Assembly: GCF_052425735.1 (NCBI RefSeq)
Contig: NC_135758.1
Coordinates: 47,926,001 to 47,990,000, forward strand
Origin: Oculina patagonica
Lineage: Eukaryota
Length of the DNA stretch: 64,000 nucleotides
Reading direction: 5' to 3'
This document shows, in pieces, positions 23,171-35,100 of the stretch. A program made the translations under genes and the position numbers. A model generated the notes under the pieces. The model worked only from the letters and a program-made list of their open reading frames with translations. It made no database searches and had not been told where the DNA came from. Positions within the stretch are counted from its first letter, which is position 1; the number at the start of each line of letters is the position of its first letter.

Positions 23171-24264
23171 TTACATGTTGAAAAACGAGTAGTAATACAG
23201 AGTTTCATCGCAAGCATCACGAAAGAAATTCAGCTCATTAACCAATCCTTCGTGGAAAATGAGAAGGGACTTCTCTTTATCCTCTGGAGTGAAGAAGTAG
23301 TCAACAAACTTCTCCAGCCGGCTTTTGTCGTCTGGGTCAGGCTTGTTGTCTTCAAACCAGCCATAATACGGGTTCTTCTTGTCGACTGAATCAATGAACT
23401 CACCAGCAATCCAAGGCCAAAGCAAGGTACATGGTAACATGGCTATGGATAGATTTCTAGGATCTTGACGGCTCAAGGCTGCCTCATAGCTCACGTACAT
23501 TTGGGCTGCAGGTCCCATTACCACGCTGTCAGTATTCTTCAGTCGCCAAGACTTGACAAATTCCTGGTTGTAGTTCTTGTAACTCTCACATTGGACTCTG
23601 TAAAGCAAAGAAAATTCAGGTTTTCCTTGCAGTTGCATCTGCTGAGCAGCATTATCAAATGCACCAACTGCATTGAAGCAGTAGGCAGCATCTTGCACCA
23701 TGTAACCGCCATAGTTGTCTGGGTCCAGCGTTCCTTCAGCCATCCCTTGGATGAACTTGGATTCTTTGGCAGCATTGCGAATCTTCACGCTTGTTTGATT
23801 TTCGAACAAGTCTTGGCTGAAGGAACCTTCTCTCTGTGAGATTTCTTGCGGAAGAAAATTGAAGTTAAAGCGGATTTTCCTCGCCGTTTTTGGGAATCGC
23901 TTGAGAACTGAAATAGGAAAAAAAACGTGTAAGATACATATAATTCTTGCCAGCCAAGAGAAGATACCAAGAATAAGAGAATTGTGTAAGGATGGTCAAC
24001 GACTGAGGAAAACTGATAGAGAAGTATAACATTGTTCTTTGCCTCGTAGCGAGACTGTGCTAGCGGGGTGTGTGGCACATGTGTATTCGAAAAACTGCAG
24101 AAAATGAATGACTAAATGCCTATATTTGCTTTCATTTACATGCACTGCGAGTGTTCGTGACCAATATGTTTACTTGCGTTATGTCTGCGTATCAAACTTG
24201 TCACAAAAAGGACTTCATTTGCATTTGAAACTTTGAATATTGACCGACCTTGCACACGACTCAT
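23171..24264 (-). CDS. tenA: TenA-family protein, copy 3, ~250 aa
   Basis: Coding exons 24264-24249 (ATGAGTCGTGTGCAAG|gtcggt) and 23907-23171 (ctatttcag|TT CTC AAG). Same motifs. Confidence 0.88.
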
Positions 24265-24822
24265 CGCACCAGTTTTGTGATATCACAGAAATATGGCAGA
24301 TGGTCAACTGAAAAAGAATGATTAAGTTTTAGTGTATATATATATATTTTTTATTTTGGGGCGAGGATGCTGTTCGCGTTAAACCGTTTGTTATGATATT
24401 GATCAATATGTATTTAAGTATATAATAATCAAAACGGAAAATGGCGGCGCTGGACCGAAAAATGAATCATAACAGAAGTTAACTGCATTTGTCTTCTCTC
24501 GTGGAAATTAAATGTAGTCGTCTCTCCCAGGTACACATAAGTACACAGATCACATTCTATACATGGCAATAAGACGAAGCACTGTTTCCAAGAGCGTTTT
24601 CTAGCGAGACTGATCATGAGGATCCAATTATTCCCCCAAGATGAATTTTGGCGCTGTTGAGCAAAGCATTAACTACAAAACTTGATCATCTTACCTGTTT
24701 ACCTTTTGCGCCAGTGTGTTTGTCGCCCGCAACCTGTAAAATATCCTTGGTCAGCTAGATAGATTTGTGCAAGAATACAGAGATGTATGCTTTCAGATGT
24801 ATGCTTGTGTCTAGTGCAAGAA

Positions 24823-24888
24823 ATGAGGAAGTTATAAATGTCGGACGACAGGAAATGACGTCAGTAAACGGCAAAAGTTATACCGGAA
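24823..24888 (-). promoter_or_regulatory. Putative core promoter of TenA copy 3: overlapping ETS/CRE site, TATA-like box, further ETS cores
   Basis: Minus strand TGACGTCATTTCC...TTTATAACTTCCTCAT, followed ~130 nt downstream by splice donor cag|gtaaga at 24695/24694. Confidence 0.55.
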
Positions 24889-25099
24889 ACCGCAAATATG
24901 TCTGATAACCGTGAGTACGACAGCTTCGACTCCTGTTTGTAAATCACTTTCATCGTTCGTGCCAATTTACACGCGTTACAAATTAAATTCCAAACGATTA
25001 AATGCTGATAAATACACGACACAGGAACAACTATTATTTAAACACCGTTTGTGGACGATATCTCGTTGTAGAGAAGAAAACCCGTGGTACAACCTTTGG

Positions 25100-25111
25100 T
25101 CATTGTCGTCG

Positions 25112-25151
<40 letters not shown>

Positions 25152-26105
25152 AATTAGGATCACCACTATCATAAACATCAACCTTGCCATTACCGTTATC
25201 ACTACTGCCATCATAGAAATAAGCACCATTGTCATTGCGAATCGTCATCATCATCACCACCATCTCCCCTTCACCTTTATCATAATTTTAACCAACACGA
25301 TCACCGTTATCACCTATCACCATTATTACCATCACCATATGCATTTGCTGGCCATGATCATGACTAACACCGTCACCATGCCAACAGTGGCTATCACTGT
25401 GACTGATTTAAGAGGAGCAAGGAGAGTAAAAACCCTTCCCCTAGAACACAACACAGTGCCCTGGCCAGGGTACTGCAGAGTGAGTGCAGTACCCTGTGTG
25501 TACTACGTAAGTGCTACGTTTTATACATGAGCCTCTGGCTCGGACATTGAGGGAGACCTCGTCCCACGTATGGACATTAAAATTGCATTGTATTGTATTG
25601 TATTGTATTATGAGTATTACCAAGACTATCCTCAAGACTACCAGCGTCACCATTACCGTGACTATAACCATCACCATCACAACAATGGCCATCACCGTGG
25701 CTATCACCAAAGTCATCACCTTGGGCATTTCGTCATGAACATTATCACGGCCATCACCATGACTATCACTGTGCGAAACACCATTGGCATCACCACGACC
25801 ATCATCATGGCAATTGCCATTACTATCACCGCGACCATCGTCATGACCATGTCCTTGACCATCCGGCCACGAATATAACTGTGGGAATTACCATTGCAAT
25901 CACCATGTCAATCATTGTAACATTGGTCATGACTATTGTTACCTGACTAAACCCATGACTATTATCATGGCCATGACCGAGACTGTCACTGTGCGAAACA
26001 CCATTGGCATCACCACCATCATCATGGCAATTGCCATTACTATCACCGCGACCATCATCATGACCATGCCCTAGACCATCGGGCCACGAATATAACTGTG
26101 GGAAT
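25100..26105. repeat. (CAT)n microsatellite grading into degenerate CAT/CAC/ACC triplet low-complexity DNA with a ~220-bp internal duplication; continues at 30669-30885
   Basis: Pure (cat)n at ~25113-25151. 25760-25980 is repeated from 25981 and interrupted by the Gypsy insertion. Also a SINE fragment (~25425-25470) and an (attgt)n tail (~25581-25607). Confidence 0.85.
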
Positions 26106-29100
26106 TGTTATAATATGTGCATGTATATGCATTCCCTTGAGACGCTACTTGGCTATTTAGTATGCTGTTATCTTAGTTCGTTGTCAGTTGCAACGTAGAT
26201 TTGAAAGTAAACACTTGTTCGTTTACCCGTGTTGATCCTTGTGTTATTACATGGTAGCAGCGTGTGTGTAACTCTATTCATCGTTGACAACGTTTTAAAC
26301 CGTCTACGATGCCAGGAGGTGAAGCAGAATCCGCTTCAAGCGCCGTTGAAACTGCCGCGGCTCAGCCGCAAACCTCACAAGCGCCGATGTTTCATCAGGT
26401 TTCACCACCTCAACCTCTTTGTTTAAAACACAGTGGAGAAATCGCCGAAAACTGGAAACTTTGGAAGGAAAAGTACAACAACTATTTCATTATTTCTAGG
26501 TTGGATCGAGAGAACCCAGAATACCAGCTAGCGATGTTCAAACACACGATTGGCAATGATGCTTTGAAGCTTATCAAAACGTTCACTTACGCTGAAACCG
26601 AGAACCGGAATGATTGGCGCGTGGTGATGGGAAAAGTAGAGAAGCACTGTATTGGAGAGGTCAATGAGATCTATGAAAGGTACTGCTTTAACAAGCGGGA
26701 CAAGATCCCAACCGAGTCGGTGGATAGTTTTGTCTCCGAGTTGAAGACGTTGGCCAAGACGTGTAATTTTTGTGATTGTTTGCGGGACAGTCTGATCCGC
26801 GATCGAATTGTGCTTGGAATCAAAAACGAGCAAACTACAAAGAAGCTGCTGAGAGTAAGAGATCTTACCCTGAATCGGTGTATTGACATATGTCGCAGCG
26901 AAGAAGTTACGGAGTTGCAGATGAAATCTCTTTCGGAACCAGTAGACAACATTCATCAGTTCAAGTCAAAGAATAAGAAGCCTTCAGTTCCGACGCCGGA
27001 TGGACGGTCGGGAAAGAAAATTTCGTGCAAGTTTTGTGGCTACGATCATGCTCCAGAAAGAAAGAAGTGTCCTGCCTGGGGCAAGATGTGCAAGCGTTGC
27101 AAGAAGAAGAATCATTTTGCTAAAGCGTGCAAGGATCCCGCGGTTTACGCTATTGATAGCGATGAAGACTTGGAAGAGATAAGTGTTGTGAGGGTTCAAG
27201 CTATGAAGGATAAAGTCGTGTTTGCTGAAATGCTTGTCCAGCAGAAACCCGTTAAATTTCAAGTTGACTGTGGAGCTAGTGCTAACATTTTGCCATACAA
27301 ACATGTTGGAGGTGTGGATCTCGCTCCTTGTTCCCAATCCCTTGTTATGTGGAATGGCACCAGGGTCAAGCCGATGGGGACGTGTGCTCTGCTAGTTGTG
27401 AATCCTCGGAACAATACAAAGTACAAAGTGAGGTTCTTGGTCGTTAAGGAAAATCTAACTCCACTTCTGGGCTTAAATGCTACTGAGAAAATGGGTTTAC
27501 TGACAGTGCACAAGGAAAACTTTGTTAGTGTTGTGGAGAATTTGGAAGATGATCTGGTAGTCAAATATGCAGATGTGTTTGACAATGGTCTTGGAAAGCT
27601 TCCTGGCAAGGTTCATCTACAAGTAGACACAGCTTGTCAACCAGTAATTCTGCCTGCCAGAAAAGTGCCTGTCTTCGTCCGGGAGAAGTTCAAGGTGGAG
27701 CTTCAAAGGTTGCAGGACCTGAAGGTCATCGCCCCTGTCGATGAGCCAACTGAATGGGTCAGCCAGTTTGTCGTCGCTGTCAAGAAGTCCGGTGATTTAC
27801 GGGTCTGCATCGATCGTAAGCCGCTGAATGCAGCCCTCAAGAGAGAAAGATACCAGATTCCCGTGATCGACGACATGCTGCCCGATTTGGCAGGTGCTCG
27901 TGTGTTCACCAAAGTTGATCTCGCGTCCGCTTTTTGGCAATTGGAGCTTGACGATGAGTCCAGCCGGTTAACAACTTTTGCCACTCCTCGTGGGAGGTAC
28001 CGCTGGCTTCGTTTGCCGTTTGGTCTGTGTGTATCGAGCGAGATATTTCAGAAACATTTACACCAAGAATTGCTGGGCCTGCCAGGTGTGAAGTGCATTG
28101 CTGATGATGTACTTATTTATGGAACGGATGATGCTGATCATGACAGCAACCTGCAGAGTTTCATGAAGAGGTGTCAGGTGAAGGGAATAAAACTCAACCG
28201 CGCGAAGTTGGATTACAAGTGCAAAGAAGTTCCCTTCCATGGGCATCTTTTGACAGCAGAAGGCCTGAAGCCAGATCCTCAGAAAGTTAAGGCGATTACT
28301 GAAATGCCACGGCCTGAGAAGCCAGACGATGTGTCGCGTCTGAATGGTATGGCCAATTACCTCAGCCGTTTCCTACCAAATTTGTCTGCATGACGTGATG
28401 AAGCCGCTGCGTGACCTAACACATAAGGATGTAGAATGGTGCTGGTCCGACACGCAAGAACGGGCTTGGTGTGAAGTCAAGAAACTCATTGCATCTGCCC
28501 CTGTGCTATCCTACTGCAAGCCAGACGAGCCGCTAGAGGTGCAATGTGACAGCAGTTTGGCTGGTCTTGGCGCAGCCCTAATGCAAGGCGGTCATCCCAT
28601 TGCCTATGCGAGCAGAGCGTTAACGGAAACAGAGTCTCGTTACGCACAAATTGAGAAGGAAATGCTTGCGATTGTGTACGCTGTGGAGAAGTTTAACGAC
28701 TACACCTTTGGTAGAAAAACTGTGGTTTTCAGTGATCACAAACCATTGGAATCGATTCTTAAGAAGCCTTTGCATCGTGCCCCAAAACGTTTGCAAGGCA
28801 TGATCATTCACCTTCAGAAGTACGACTTGGAGGTGAAGTATGAGAAGGGCAACAAGATGTTCTTGGCCGACACCCTTTCAAGAGCATTCCTTCCAGCCGG
28901 TGAGCATGACGAGCAAGAGTTTGAAACCATCAATATGATCAAGTATTTCCCGGTGTCGGAAGAAAGGCTCCTGCAGATTCAGCGAGACACTGAAGCGGAC
29001 GAATCTCTTCAAGTATTGAAGGGTGTTATTCAGAAAGGCTGGCCAGAGCAAAAGAGTGAGGTGCCCAGAGTTATCTCCCCTTACTTCAACATGCGTGATG

Positions 29101-30668
29101 AAATGTCTATCCAAGATGGCCTCATCTTTAGGGGAGAACGAGTTGTGGTTCCGCGAGCTTCTAGAAGCGAGTTATTGAAGCGAATTCACAGCTCACATCT
29201 TGGGGTCAATGGCTGTTTAAACAGAGCGCGCGAGTGTTTGTATTGGCCTGGGATGACGGCTGATATAAAGAACTATGTGTCAACTTGCGAGGCATGTCGG
29301 GAGTATGAGCGCGGTCAACCCAAGGAAACAATGATGTCCCCTGAGACACCAAACCGTCCCTGGCAACGAGTTGCAGCCGATTTATTTGAGCTCGAAGGGA
29401 AAGTTTACTTAGTAACCTCGGATTACTACAGCGATTTCTTTGAGTTGGATCATTTGAGGTCTCCATCGTCGATCTCTGTTATCAGGAAGTTAAAGGCTCA
29501 TTTTGCGCGGCACGGCATTCCTGAGCAGCTGGTGAATGATAACGGCTCAAAATTTACGTCGCGTGATTTTCTCAGGTTCGCGAAGGAATGGGACTTTGAA
29601 CATCTCACGAGCAGCCCATACCACAGTCAGGGTAGCGGTAAAGCAGAGAGTGCAGTAAAAGAGGCTAAGAAGATTCTTAGAAAGTGTAAAGTGGGTGGAA
29701 CGGATGCTTTTCTTGCTTTGCTTCATCATCGCAACACCTCACCTGCCGGTGTCCAAGTGAGTCCTACACAGCGCCTTTTCAACAGAAGGACTAGGAGTCT
29801 GCTACCGATGACGGCCAGTTTGTTTGCACCACAGGCTGTCCCAGATAATGAGCAATGCAAGGCCAAGCTCGAACAGCGCAAGCAGCGACAGGCCAGGTAT
29901 TACAACATAGGGGCTGTCGATCTGGAGCCTTTGAAAAGAGGAGAAACCGTGAGGCTGAGACCTTTCCACCTGGGCAAACGGGAGTGGTCAAAAGGAGTGG
30001 TCCGAAATCGGCTGGGCGAGAGATCGTATGAGGTAGAGACGCCGCACAGCACTGTTCGTCGCGACCGTGTTCACTTACGGAAGATAAACGAGCCATCACC
30101 GCCACTTTCAGATGATCTGCCTGTTGAGTTACCTGCTTCCCCGGAGCCACAGTCGGATAGGTCGCAGAATGCCGTTCCCGTAGAAGCTGCTCCGCCTGCG
30201 TCAAGTTCAGGCAATGCGTCTCCGATTCAGCCGGAAGGTTCCCCGACTGTTGCAGAGTCTCCCAAGCCAGTGTGCTAAGGCGATCCGAGCGCCAACGACG
30301 GCCACCAAGGCACTTAGATGACTATGTGCTTACAAAGCCATAAACTGTTTTTTGCCAAAGACTGTTCTAGAGATTTCTAACGCGTGAACTTTAGGCTCGA
30401 GTACTTATCTCTAGAATGCGTGCTAAATTCATATATTGTATTTGTCAGCTCGTACGTTTGTTAGTTGTTTAGAGCAAAGCGTGTTTTGTTTTTCTTTCTT
30501 TTTTCATTTATAAAAGGGAGGGTGTTATAATATGTGCATGTATATGCATTCCCTTGAGACGCTACTTAGCTATTTAGTATGCTGTTATCTTAGTTCGTTG
30601 TCAGTTGCAACGTAGATTTGAAAGTAAACACTTGTTCGTTTACCCGTGTTGATCCTTGTGTTATTACA
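26106..30668 (+). mobile_element. Full-length, young Ty3/Gypsy LTR retrotransposon
   Basis: 146-bp LTRs at 26106-26251 and 30523-30668 (TG...CA, one mismatch seen). 5-bp TSD GGAAT. PBS TGGTAGCAG (iMet-like) at 26252. PPT aaaagggaggg at 30512-30522. Confidence 0.97.
26309..30343 (+). pseudogene. Gypsy gag-pol polyprotein (Gag-CCHC, PR, RT, RNase H, integrase) broken by two small insertions
   Basis: CKRCKKKNHFAKAC knuckle, VDCGA protease, RLPFGL and CIADD RT, CDSS/IEKE RNase H, H-H-C-C and D,D,E integrase. A 4-bp insertion (gcat, 28388-28391) and a 2-bp insertion near 30272 break one ancestral ORF ending ...RRPPRHLDDYVLTKP*. Confidence 0.92.
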
Positions 30669-31340
30669 GGAATTACCATAGGAATTGCCATGACTGTCAT
30701 CATAACAGTTGTTCTTACTTTTACCTGACTAACACCATGACCATTATCATCACCATGACATTGCCAATAACTATGATGATAACCATGATCATGGCCATGA
30801 CCTTTATTACCACAAGCATCGCCACCACCACCACCACCCCCCCCCCCCCATTACCATTATTATCAGCATCACCATTGCCAACATGAAGGTTATAACCCCC
30901 ATGAAAAAGGATGCATAGCATCGTCGCTAGGAACAGAAAGAAAGGCACTTTATTTATCAATAACAAGTTATGCATAGTAAGTAGTTTACTGAACAAGTCT
31001 ATCATTACTGCATGGTTTTGTCTTATGCGAAGCACTTCTACTGTCGAAGTTCACTTCTTGGTGAGGTGGATTAATATCTCGAGGGAAAAATTCACACAGA
31101 AAGGAAAATTTCTGTCAGTTATTGATGTATCATTTGAAACAATTGTAAACTAAAAAATTTGCTTAACACGTATCACGAACTTAGTACGAATCCAGCAAAA
31201 TATATAAATATAAATCCGTTACCTTGAATATATTCTCCTTATTCAAGAACGGGAATAGTTTGTAGGAGAGTGCCGGTAGAATCAGTCTGCTTGCCTAGAA
31301 ATGAAAACCGACTGAAGTGAAAATGCGTCTGAGACCGACA

Positions 31341-31410
31341 ATGAGGAAGTTATAAGTACGCCGGAAATGACGTCAATGCATCAAATCAACGAATCAAAAT
31401 TCGTCCGGAA
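31341..31410 (-). promoter_or_regulatory. Second copy of the ETS/CRE-TATA promoter module with its own downstream splice donor
   Basis: Plus strand atgaggaagttataa...ccggaaatgacgtca...ccggaa has the same motif order as 24823-24888. Donor caag|gtaacg at 31223/31222. Confidence 0.5.
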
Positions 31411-32153
31411 GCTACGAAATCGTGTTTCTTTTCAGGTTTATATTACTCAGTGATGCAGCAATGTCAAGTACTGCTTGTCGCAGCCTGAGGTAAATTTTCC
31501 GTGTTTCTAAGAACTAGGGGAAGTAAAATGTGACGATTGACGTCATTACATGTTGACGTTTGCCACCAACTGTCACGCACTCGGCAGGGCTTTCTATTTA
31601 GAACCTACAGAGAACCATACATTATGAAACATTGTGTTTAAGTCTTTAACAACGTTTGTCCAGTCGACAGTTATGTTGTCCACTCGTACGACTCGACAAC
31701 CCATGGCAGGTCCCTTGCTTAACAACAAAAATGTCCTTAATGAGATGCATTTCTCCATTTGACAATTCCGTTTATCCAGTAGACAATGATTTTGTCCACT
31801 CGTAGGACTCGACAACCCATCACAAGGTGAGTTTGTTCGTAGCACGAGTCAAGTTCGAGCCCGAGTCAAGTTCGAGTCACGAGTCACGTTCGAGTCAAGT
31901 TTATATTTTTCTTTATATCTTTTGGTTTTAATTGCTGGTGAAAATGATCTACCAGAGGCACAAGAACAGCAAGATTGGATTTTTTTACTGCCGACTGCGA
32001 GAGTTTATTCCTGCTGTTGGTTAGCAGCAGTTGCTTTTCAAAGAAGAAATATTCCTTGGCATCCAGTAATTTTCCTTACACATTCGTATCTGGACTAATA
32101 TATACACAACTGAAGCAGAGGTTCCATCTTCCCGACACAAAAATCAGGGGAAC

Positions 32154-35100
32154 TGTGGTGTATTTAATACAGAAAACAGTGTGTAAACTCCGAGTTACAA
32201 CACACACATGGCAAGAACTCAACTAACTCGATCGTACACGGCCTTCTTGTCACGTGACGACTCTACTAGTTCCAGGACTCCACATTCCTCCCCCCCCCCC
32301 AAGTTCTTAAACAAGCAAGAAAACAAACGTCAACGAGAAAAAAAAAATTAACGCCTCTGCCATAAAACTTAAAACTGTTCACGGGGGAGGGAATGAGTCC
32401 ATTAGTAAAACCGCTGCGGGGGGTTTCTATTCCTCGCTGGGTATCGCCTGACAGGGGTAGTTGGCCCCGAGTCCCGAACCATTGTTGCACTGGGTGGTTC
32501 TCTGTCTCCATGGGAAACCTCGGGGTCATTTACATCAGGTACGATTATCTCTGGATCCACACCTTCCTGCTGCAATGAGCTAGTAATTGGTAATGTGACA
32601 CCAGGGTTGAAACTTTCTGTGGGTCGAGCAACTAGTTGATCGTGGTGTCTTCGAACCACAGTTCCATCTTCCAACTCAATTCTCGCAGACAAAGGACCAG
32701 TTTCCTGGATGATAGTTCCTGGAATCCACTTGGGGCCTCTGGAGTAGTTTCGAACATTCACTGAATCGCCGACTTCCACTTGACGCATTCGGCTATGCTG
32801 ATCATGCTGTATCTTCTGTCTTGACTGTGCTGCATGTACCCTTGGCGCTACATCTGGTCGCAGCAGATCGAGATGTGACCTCAGACTTCGTCCCCAGCGT
32901 AACTGAGCAGGAGACTCACCCGTGGTGCTTTGGGGGGTAATACGATAACTTAATAGGAACCGAGCTAACTTGGTCTCGACAGTACCATCACCTTGCTTCT
33001 TCATCCCTTGCTTAAACGTCTGCACCGCTCGTTCTACGAGGCCATTTGATGATGGGTGATAAGGAGCAGAGGTAATGTGCTTGATGCCATTTTTCTGTAG
33101 AAATGACTTGAACTCGCTGCTAACAAAATTGGACCCATTGTCTGACACTACAATCTCTGGTAGGCCGTGTGAAGTGAAGGTTGTCCTCAGCTTTTCAATG
33201 GTTGCGCTGGAAGTGGCAGAATTCACACAATGGATATCCATCCATTTAGAATGCGCATCAATAATTAGGAGAAACATCTTGCCTATAAAAGGACCGGCAT
33301 AATCTACATGTACTCGAGACCAAGGGCGGCCTGGCCATTCCCAAGGGTGCAACGGTGAACTGGGTGGCTTCTTTTGGTGGCTTTGGCAGGTAACACAGCT
33401 TTTCACCTTTTCCTCCAAACGTGAGTCCATTTTCGGCCACCACACATAGCTCCTAGCTAGGCTTTTCATTCTAACAATACCGGGGTGGGACTCATGTAGT
33501 ATGTTCAACACTTCCTCTCTCCCCTGTGGGGGTATCACGACCCGGGATCCCCAAAGTAGGCAGCCAGCATGTACACTCAATTTCTCTCTTCTAGCAAAAT
33601 AAGGCTTCAGGGCTTCTTCTTCGACTGCCATGGGCCATCCGTGAAGGACGAACTGCAGAACTTGAGAAAGTACTGGATCACGGGCTGTCCACAACTTCAC
33701 TTAAGCGGCATTCACTGGGCTGGGGTTGATGGTCTCTAGAAGGTGTACAATGTCCCCTGGGATGGGCGTGGTCTCTGGAGCCACTGGAAGGGGTAGACGA
33801 CTGAGGGCGTCTGCGTTTCCATTCTATTTACCAGGGCGATAAATAAGCTCATACTCATACGCAAGCAAAGTCAATGCCCATCGCTGCATCCTACTTGAGG
33901 CCATTAGAGGTGTGGCTCGTTCAGGGTTAAGCAGCCCCAAAAGTGGTTTGTGATCTGTGTAGACCTTGAAATGACGTCCAAAAAGAAATTGATGGAACTT
34001 CTTCAGGGCAAAAACTACAGCTAGTGCCTCTTTATCTAGGTGGCCATAGTTCCTCTCTGCTGTGGAGAGTGTTCGTGAGGCATATGCAACTGGTTTCTCT
34101 GAGCCATCTTTCATAACATGGGCCAGCACTGCCCCAATACCATAGGGTGAAGCATCACAAGATACCACCAACTCTTTCTCAGGATCATAATGCACGAGTA
34201 CATCTGATGATTGAAGTCGATTCTTGGCCTTATCAAACGCCTCTTGTTGCTCTGTACCCCATTTCCGACAAATATCTTTCCTCAGAAGCTCGTGCAGTGG
34301 CTCCAGGGTGGACGATAGGTCGGGCATGAACTTGCCAAAGAAGTTAAGCATCCCTAGAAAGGACTTCAGCTCAGAGGGATTGGTTGGGGTTGGGACCTCC
34401 TTGATGGCCTTCACCTTTGCTTCAACTGGATGGAACCCTTCTGCGTCAATGCGGTGCCCCAGGCACTCCAAAACGGGCTTCATAAATTGGCACTTTTCAG
34501 CTTTGAGCCGCAAGCCGGCATCAGAAAGGCGTCCCAAAACTTTCTCGATGTTGTCTAGGTGCTCTTCCATGCTGGGACCTGTGATGAGGATATTATCTAG
34601 CAAGACTCCTGTCGAAGGTATTCCTTGCAGCAAACCTTCCATGGTTCTCTGGAAGATGCCGGGCGCTGAAGAGACCCCATATGGAAGGCGGTTATATCTA
34701 AAAAGGCCTTTATGGGTGTTAATTGTCAAAAACTCCCTTGAGTTCTCATCCACAAGCATCTGCTCATAAGCATGGCTCAAGTCTAACTCAGTAAACGTTT
34801 GACCCCCAGCCAACTTTGTGTATAGATCATCGAGCTTGGGGATAGGGTAGCCATTCAATTTCGAGACCTTATTGACGGTAAGCTTGTAATCTCCACAGAC
34901 TCTTACCGTGCCATCAGTTTTCATAACTGGGACAATGGGTGTGGCCCACTCGGAATATTGAACGGGTTCAATGGTTCCTGCCTTCTCAAGTCTTTCCAGG
35001 TCTTGCTAAATTTTCTCCCTGAGAGTATATGGCACTGGTCTGGCTTTATGGAAAATGGGGGTGGCTGTGGGGTCCACATGGATCTTGGCCTTTGTCCCCT

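Noticed and set aside
11375-23839. Recurrent overlapping or antisense ORFs on the TenA copies (e.g. 11375..11632, 20586..20807, 23465..23839)
   Set aside because: Shadow frames that recur only because the paralogs are similar.
11028-23907. TenA genes as bacterial contamination or an operon
   Set aside because: Each has a homologous gt-ag intron separating the ATG exon, and animal TEs lie inside and between them in continuous host sequence.
24911-25878. Poly-His/Asp/Met/Ile/Ser ORFs
   Set aside because: All are alternative frames of the (CAT)n-derived triplet repeat, with no supported exon structure.
28380-28400. Programmed frameshift between ORFs 26309..28393 and 28344..30278
   Set aside because: The break is inside the RT-RNase H region, has no slippery site, and is explained by a 4-bp insertion (NLS|DVMKP restored on removal).
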